From: Endomicrobiales bacterium
GTDB lineage: Bacteria > Elusimicrobiota > Endomicrobiia > Endomicrobiales > JALOBY01
Reading direction: 5' to 3'
Length of the DNA: 64,000 nt
NCBI GenBank assembly: GCA_963796955.1
Contig: CAWCNJ010000004.1
Coordinates: 128,001-192,000 of the forward strand
The translations under genes and the position numbers were made by a program. The notes beneath the pieces are model-generated. The model saw nothing but the letters and a program-made list of their open reading frames with translations, did no database searches and was not told where the DNA came from. This document shows positions 30,001-39,000 of the stretch, in pieces; within the stretch, counting starts at the first letter, position 1, and each line of letters starts with the position of its first letter.

Positions 30001-33000
30001 CGCCCGACCTTATCAGCGGTATTTCTTCGGGTGTTCGCATTGTCCCGGGCGCGCCAAACCAGTTATTGGCGATAGTACCGGGCGAAGAATTCAACGGCGG
30101 TACGCTTACCGGCAAGACCGGTTTGCCGAATGTTATTACCGCCGGTACCCTGTTCTCCGCGCGCGCTGCCGTTTGTGACCCCTGGTGGAACCGTGTGTCC
30201 AATATCGGCGTTACCATTATCGCTACCAGCCCGCTGGACCCTTACGACGTCGAACCGGCGCAGGGCGCTGTTGACCCGACGGATGGCACCGCCTCGTTCC
30301 TGTTCACCCTGCACCGCGCGGTAACGCAGTATATACTTGCAACGGACGCCAATACGGTCGGCCAGACGTTTACGGCCAACAAATCGTCGGTATTCAGTTG
30401 CGTGCCCGCCCTGCCCATACAGTTGCAGGTGCTGCTGCCGGGTACGACCGGCGTGCCGGGTTCCGTCAGCGGCCGCATCGGCATGCCAGCCGCGCAGACC
30501 GCGGGCGCCGGTTTTTACGGAACCGTCAATGTCGTTGACCAGTTCTTTAACGTCGCGACGCAGCTGGATCCGCAGCCGCTGGTGCATATCAATACGTCCG
30601 ACCAGTATGATGCGGAACCTTCTACTTCCATCCTGGTAAGCGGTACGAACCAGTTCTATATTAACCTGCGCACCGCGGCCACCAGCCATTTCGTGGTCGC
30701 CTCGGATGTGGACTGGTATCGCGCCGCTCTATAACCCTGACACGAGCGACGTCTTCACCGTTAACCCTTCCAGCGCCAACCAGATACATGTTATTTTGCC
30801 CGGCGAAACAATTCTTGGCGGATCGTTCACGGGTAAAGCCGGAACGCCCTCAGCATGGATCGCCGGACAGTCCTTTACAGCGACCACGTACCTGACCGAC
30901 CAGTTCTTTAACCGCATTCGCGGTGGTGTTACCATGCCGACGGTAGCGGTGCAGACCTGGGACCCGCAGGACCCGGAACCGCCCTCAAATCAATTGAGCC
31001 AGGGCTCTAACGTTTTCGCCCTGACACCGGAAACCGCCGCCTCTACCTGGACGGTAACCGGCATCGACACGGGCGGGCAATACGTGAGCGGAACTTCCAG
31101 CATGATCCGCGTATGGCCGGGCCCCGTGCACCATTATGTGATCTCAGGCCTGCCTGCCAGCGTTATCGCGGGCGCCGGATTTGATATACGCCTGAATGTT
31201 CAAGACCAGTACTTTAACATGGTCTCTACGGGCCCCAGCTGGGATGCTTATTCGAATGCCAAGGGTGTTTCGGGCGTGGACGCGCATTTTGACGCCGAAG
31301 TTTTCCCGCAGCCCCAGAATGCCACAATGCCCGTCGATTATAATTTTGTGCAGGAAGATTGGGGAACAAAGCTGTTCGCTTCAGGCGGCGTCTTCCGCCG
31401 TTCAGGCTCACGCTGGCTGAAGGCGAAGGATATCCTTGACGGCACGAATATAAATTCAGAACTGACGAAGAACGGGATCATTTATTCCACGCGGCCGTAT
31501 GTAACGGTATTGCCAGGTGACTTCTATAAGGTCATTATCTCTACCGACGCTCTGGCGCTCGGCACACCCGCAGGAGATATGGAAGTGCCTGCCGGTTCGC
31601 CCAACACCATGCTTTCTTTCGGCCATAAACAGATCTACGGACAGCTGGCCGACGCCTTTAACAATGCGATCTCAAGCGGCGGCGTTACCTTGTATTTCAA
31701 CGTGGTAAGCGTTACCGGTTCCACCGGCACTGTGAAGGATAACCTGGGCAACATAATAACCTCGGCTGTTACCGATGCCCAGGGCCGGGTCGGCTATTCA
31801 AGCGCCATCAGCTACTTTGTTTCCACCAAATCCGGCGAAAGCGCCCGCGTCTGGATAGCTACCTTCACCGCGCCATCCGATATAACCGGTTACCTGCCGG
31901 AGTCCAAGAATATTTCAGGGAACTTTACGACTACCGGCGGCGATCCCTACCGCGTCGGTTTTGCGAACTTCCCTGCCCAGATCATCGCCGGTCAGGAAAG
32001 CTCGCCCATGAGCGTATACCGCTACGATGCATTCGGTAACCTTACCAAACAGGGCGCTTTCCCCGTATACCTTACGAGCAACGAGCTAACGGGTCGTTTC
32101 TCTTTCCGCAATCCTCCAGGAGCCGGTAACGAAGTAACCAGCGTGTATATAGGTCAGGGAGAAACTTCGGCTGATTTCTATTACTACGATGAAATGTCTT
32201 CCCTGCCGGCGGGCGAAGACGGCCGCCCGGGCCAGTGGACGTTGACCGGTAACGCGGGTTTAACCCTTGCTGCGACCGCCTACCTTACCATCGTACCCGC
32301 GGATACGACAAAATTGATGTATGATAATCCGCAGCGCACACTGATAGCCAACCGTCTGGTGGATGATGTCGGTGTTATACGCCCCTTCACGCTACAGCCG
32401 CAGGATACGTACGGCAACCCGACCATCTCCACCACCAATTCGATCTTCGTGAAGTTAAGCACGGATCGCCTGTCTTCGCCGACGAATGATAATTACGGCT
32501 TCTCGCTTTCGAGCACGCCATTCATACCCATAGGCAATGCGCTGGTAGAGATCACGACCGGCACCTATTACGTTAACCTGTATTACCGCGACACCCGCGC
32601 CAGCAATAGCTACAGCCCTATTAACAGCAAGCCGGTGCTGCACGCGACCGAGATCCCCACTAAAGCCTGGGCGGTAGCCTCCCAGTATGTGAACGTACTG
32701 CCCGATGCTATCACCAAGACGTCTATAATCTCGCCCGCACAACAGCTGACGGCCGGCGCCACATCGCAGCCCTTCCTGATCCAGACGCAGGATACGTATT
32801 CCAACCCCTCGTCGGTCACGCCGGTGCAGTCCGATCCGGGTGAGAACGGCGTGCGCTACGTGCTGTGGAATAACTCCGCCGGCCACGAGGAATTCTGGTC
32901 GTACGGTTATAACGACCATGCGTCAACCGGTGTCGCTAAGATCACGGTGGGCACGAACACCACCTACTTCTATATGGTGGATACACTTATGGGCAGTGCC

Positions 33001-36000
33001 ACGGTATATGCAGATGAAGACGGCTTCCTGCCCAGAGGCTGGGCAGGCGCTGCGGAAGGTTATACGGTCGTGGCCGCGCCGCCCTATAAACTGGTCATCG
33101 GCTCGCCCGTGCGCCGGCTTATCGCCGATACCACTATTCAGTATGATCCGGATTTTACGTATAACAGCACTACCGATACCTTTATTTCCGTGCAGACACA
33201 GGATTTCTACGGGAACGTTTCACCTGTTTCTTCCGTAACCATCGTTTCCGTTAAAACCGTCATGCCGCCTTCCATGCCGGGAGCCCAGATCTCCGCCGAT
33301 AATTTCAACTGGGTACCGGGGAACCCCTCGGACATGCCGCTTAATCTGAATATGGCGCCGGGAGAATCCACCGTTAAATTCTACTTTAAGGCCAAAATAG
33401 CAGGACTGGTGCCCATAGCGGCGACCGTGCCCGGTATGCAGCCCGCGACACAAAATGAAATAATTACGCCGGGCAAGATCGATTATTTCACCGTCGAACA
33501 CAACTTTACCGAAGCCAACCCGCTTTCCGTCCAGCTGCCGGGCGCCGTTTCGGTGCAGGCGCGGGATTATTACGGTAACGCCGCCAGCGGCGATCCGGTC
33601 AATGGAAATTACTACACGGGCACGGCGCTCTTCTGGACGAACGGTTCAACGGATACGGTAACGCTCAATCCATTAAGCTACACCTTTACCCAGAGCACCA
33701 GCACCTATCAGCCGATCGCCGGCCGCTTTATAAACCTGCAGGCGCGTGACCTGCGGCAGGAATACCTCAGGGTCGGGGCCACCGACCAGGTGAACCCGTT
33801 GATAAACGGCTGGACCAACGATCAGCGCGGCACCTGGGGCGATGTGGTTACTGCCGGTGTGGTCGTTACGCCCACCGATTTCGCGCCGGATCCGGATGAT
33901 TCATATAAGACCGGTTTCCTGGCGCAGAACCCCACCCTGCAACAGGGTGACGGTTGCATCACCAGTCGCCCTGCGCCGGTCGCCATGCTGCGCCTGCGTA
34001 TGGAAATTCAGCCTAAGGTCGTGGCCTCAACGGCCTCCTGGAACTACATTACCGTTACCCGGTACGGCACTCTGCGCTGGGACCAGATACGCAGCATAGA
34101 TATCTATCGCGACAGCGGCGGGGATACTTTTAACGGCGATACTGTGCTTGGTCAGCCCTGGACCGCGGCCGATACCTTTATCTCCAGCGCATCTTTCACC
34201 AACGGCAATGCGGACCTGGATATCCCCTTAAGCATTCCTCAGACTATCACGAAGACGCCTCAAACGTATTTCGTCGCCGTGCGCGTGGAACCTACCGCCG
34301 ACCCCGGTTCCACACTGGCCCTGGGCATTAAGAGCAATAAGATCATACTGGCGCCGGGCGGCGTGCTGCTGGCCAGCAATAATATACCGTGCATATCCAC
34401 CTATTCCGTTATCGCCGTGCGGCTTTCCGATGTGCTGGTCGATTACAAGAAGACGGACCCGATGTCCAACATTGCGGCCTATTACGACCCTGACGGCAAC
34501 GGCCCGCTGCCGTCGGCTAAACAAACTTCCGCGCCGCAGGGATACTTCGGCGTCGGCATGATGCGCTTCGGCCTGTGGACGCCGGAGCTGACGGCGCATC
34601 TTAAGACGTTGAAGGTCACCCAGCTCGGCACCGCCGATGATAAGGATATTATTTCCTGCACCCTGTATGAAGATACGAACCTTAACGGCACCTTCGAGCC
34701 GGCTACGGATATAGCGGTCTCGCCTGATGTGCCGATCAGCGGCGGCGTAGCTACCCTGCCGGTTAACAGCCTGCCCTTAGGCGTTAATCTTATAAACCAG
34801 ACCACGCATTACTATTTTGTGGTTTACCGCCTGGCGAACGGCGCCCAGGTCGGCCGCACCATCGGCGCTTCCCTCTCGGACTTTACGTTCCCCGACGGCC
34901 AGATAGCGGCCGCGGGTCCTGATGCCGCCAACTTCCCCGGACAGATCGCCGTGATGGCGCAAATGTCGTCGGATACACCTCTGATAGCCGCCACGCCGGA
35001 CACGCTGGTAATAGACGCTAAAACATCGGTGAACCCCGGCGTTGTCACGCAGGGTGACCAGAATGTGCCGATGATAAAGCTGCGCCTGCGCACCGATACC
35101 AGATCCCTTATCTGGCAGGGCTTGCGCGTAGACAGGCGTAATCAGTACGGACTGAACGTAGACAGCGACGTCTCGAACGTGAAAGTATGGTATGACACCT
35201 GCCAGGCAAGGCTCGCGCAGAACATGACGCCGCTTACGACCGGGTTGCTGCAGCTGACCACCACGTACGGCCTGGCGCCTTCCGGTAATCTTTTTATAGA
35301 TGACGAAGTGCTGACCTACGATTCCATCGTCGGCAGCGCGGTAAATCTGCCCGACGGTATCAGCACCTTTAGAGGCCTGTACAACACGACGCCCGCCACC
35401 CACAACATGAACACGACCGTAACGGGCACGGGTGACGGCATATTCAACCCGAATACCGACCAGCTTATTTCGCCGCCTTCTCCGCCGAGCATCCTGTTCT
35501 CGACCGGCGTGTCGCACATTACCATAACCGGCCCCAAGGGCGGCCAGGAACTGCTGGCCCAGGGCGTTGGTAAGGGTAAGACCTATTTCGTAACCTACGA
35601 TATAGACAACTTCGCGACGCTCGGCCAGACGTATCTTGGCCTGGATATAAAGACCACTGACTACTTTACGGTGAATACGCCGAAGATGGTTTCCAACCAG
35701 TCCCTGCCGGTATTCTGCGAGGTCGTAACGGTGAGAGAGTACGCCGACAAGGTAACCTTTACCCCCAGCGATACGACTCTGAAAGCCACCCTGTCACAGG
35801 CGGCTACCAACCAGCCGATAATCTCGTTTACGGCTCATACCGATAAGTCTGAGGCCACGTTCAAGAACATAATAGTGAGCCGCGCCGGCACCGGTTCGGA
35901 TTCGGATGTGACCGCGGTGCGTATATGGTACGACGGCAATAACGACGGACTGCTGAACCTGGGCACAACGCAGGATTATGTTATCGGCCAGGGCTCTTTC

Positions 36001-39000
36001 GGCAATGCCGGTGTACCGGGAGAAGCTTCAATAGACATATCGTCCATGTCCATGTTATTGGCAGGCTGCACTGTGACACCGGATATCTGGAGCAAGATAA
36101 CCACCACCGGGCGCGGCGCCAAACATTTCTTTGTAACGTATGATATCTCAAGCGTGGCTTTGCCGGAATACACGCTCGGCGCAACGCTTGCCGCGACTTC
36201 AAAAATACAGGTTTCCGATCCGAACTTCGTGGATACGGCCAACCTGCCGTTCACGTCGACGCTGCGCACGCTGGTGCCAAGCTCGCGCAATGTTACCATA
36301 ACCCCTGTGGCGCTTAACACAGCCTCGCTCGCCTCATCTGTGGGTGCGGCCGACAACCAGATATCTCTTAGCTCAGTGGCCAATTTCCCGGATATCGGCG
36401 CTCTGACGATAGATTCGGAAATAATCCTCTATACCAGCCGCGACACGCTCGCCAACACCGTCAGCGGCCTGACACGCGGCGCGTGGAATACGGTTGCAGC
36501 CGCACACACCGCCGGTTCATTTGTTTCCCGCAGCTACCTGCAGGGTACCGTGAACGCGCCGATGCTTAAACTGACCGCCGCCTGCGACGGCTTCCAGGTG
36601 CGCTGGTACCGCCTGAAACTGGACCGCATCGCGCCTACCGGCCTGAACGGCGTTGATGCCGACATTCACCAGATCCGAGTTTACAAAGATAACGGGGACG
36701 GCATACTTAACCGTGACGATTCAACGGGCCTGATAGGCGCCGACCAGCTGGTCTCAAGCGGTACGGCGGTATTCACCAACGGCTCGGTGCAAATAAACCT
36801 TTGCGGCGACGGCTCAAGCTACAACACCGATACCAAGCAGATTGAATCCTATTCATTGATAACAACGACCCCGACGGTATACTGGGTTACTATGGACATC
36901 GATCAGACCGCGACCATCGGCTCCAGCATCGGCATGGGCTGCCAGCTGTTCGATTATGTGCAGGTGGGCGCGACGCAGAGGAACGACGGCGTGCATAAGG
37001 TTGTCGACGGTCCTTCAGTGGTATACCCCGGCGACCCCTTCCCGTTCCGTTCCGGTTATGCCTTTGTGTACGGCACTATAGATAATTTAATGGTCAATTA
37101 TGACGCCCCGTCGCTGGCCAGCATTATGCAGAACGCCAAGAACGTGGCCGTTATGAGCTTTAACATGAAGACCGATCAAAATACGGCGATCTGGACCGGT
37201 GTGAAGCTGGACCTGACGGGTACCTGTATCGATAACGATATTTCGATCGTCAAGGTGTGGAGAGATCTGAACGGCAACCAGGTGTTCGACGTAGCCGATT
37301 CCACGCAGGACGCGTTCGGTAACTTTCCGGGCCTGTTGTCCTACGGTACGGAAAACTTTGCCAATCATACGGTCAATATTAAATTCAAAACTCCCCAGGT
37401 CATAGGTTCCACCCAGTCCATTACGTACTTTGTAACCATGGATATGAACTCTCTTGCCAAGGTCGGCCACACGGTGGGATTGTCCATCGCTAACACAGGA
37501 TACTTTACGGTAGATGTCCCCGACAAGGTCCAGCTGCTCAGGGCCGCCCCCTATACTTCGCCGGTAACGCCTATTTCGGAATATCCGGATACGGTTACCT
37601 TTGAGCCGTGGCCCTGGTTCGATCCGGTAAACAACAAAGACGTGCTCGCGGGCGTTACCACATCGCAGGGCAATAAGAACCTGACGGTGCTTAAGTTCCG
37701 TCTCAAGACCGATGTCGCGGAAGCGATCTGGGACCATATACGCATATCCCGTATCGGTATGGGCGCGCCGGGTATGCCGGTTAACGGCACGAACAGCGAT
37801 GTGCAGTACGTAAAGATCTACGCAGATTCGAACTTTAACGAATCGTTCGACGCCGGCGATACGTTAATAACTTCCGGTACCGACCAATTTACGTCCGACG
37901 CCATAGGACCGACGCTGGATATACCGCTTACCGTGCCGCAGACCTTACGGCCGACGCCGCAGGTCTACTTTGTGCTGTACGATATTTCTCCCACCGCCTA
38001 TGCCAACGATTCAGTCGGTATCCGCGTGCAGGATAAATCGTGGATAGCGGTGAGCACGCCCAATTTTGTCGCCCAATTCCCCATGACCACGCCGGCAACC
38101 CGCCGTTTAACGCGCAGGGTTACTTTGACAGCTCTATGTCTCAAATACTGCCGATCAGTATCAACGTGCAAAGCGCCAACGAGGCGCCGCTGGTCAAACT
38201 GCCGGGTGACACGAATGTGCCGATCTTACGTCTGCGTATGACGACCAGCATTAACAGCGCGGTGATCTCCTCCATTACGATCCACCAGACGGGCACTATT
38301 GAAACGTCGCCCGTGGATCCCACCTATTACAACGGCATGGGTGATGGCGATTTCTACCGGCTGAAATTGTGGGTGGACGACGGTGACGGCGTTTTCGATC
38401 CCACCAAAGATACGCTTGTTTCCGTTATGCCGCACCGCAAATGGGTATTGGATGCCGGCCTGAACCCGAACAGCACGCCTAACTTCGCGGCCAGTGTGGC
38501 TATCCTGCCTTGCGGCGTGACCATTGATGCCGCCGGTAAAACTTTCTATGTCACCGCCGATATCGGAACCCAGGACCTGGGCAACCGCACAACCTTCAGC
38601 CACAGTGCCGGCCTGCAGCTGCTTCGGTGGGAATCTATCACCGCGGTGCCCGCTTCCGTTGTTTCTAACGGCGGCAATACGTTCCCGTATAAATCGATCA
38701 ACCTCTCCATCGCCGATGTTTCCATCACATCGGTCGACGTGAGACCTGATGAGGCGGGAGTGCAGTCAGAAGGCTGGTGGAATTCCAATACCACCCTTGC
38801 CGCTTCATGGCAGATCATTAAAGTTAAAGACGCGCAGGTAACCTCTTATAAGGCTGCCGTCGGAACACGCCCTCTCGCCCAGGATGCGACGCTGGGCATC
38901 GGTTCGGCGGGTTGGATCAGCACCACGAACCAGAGCGTGCAGATAAGCGGCCTTGCGCTGAGCGAGCCGGTAGTGGTCTTCCTTGCGGAAGATTTCCTTA

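Larger units (their letters stand above)
19279..31120 (+). repeat. 32 tandem ~124-aa PGET-type modules
   Basis: Hand count of the LQVLLPGET-like motif; consensus LQVLxPGETxxPGK-[loop]-GKxGxPxxQTAGxxFxVTVxAxDxYWN...DPY...LxNG. Confidence 0.88.
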
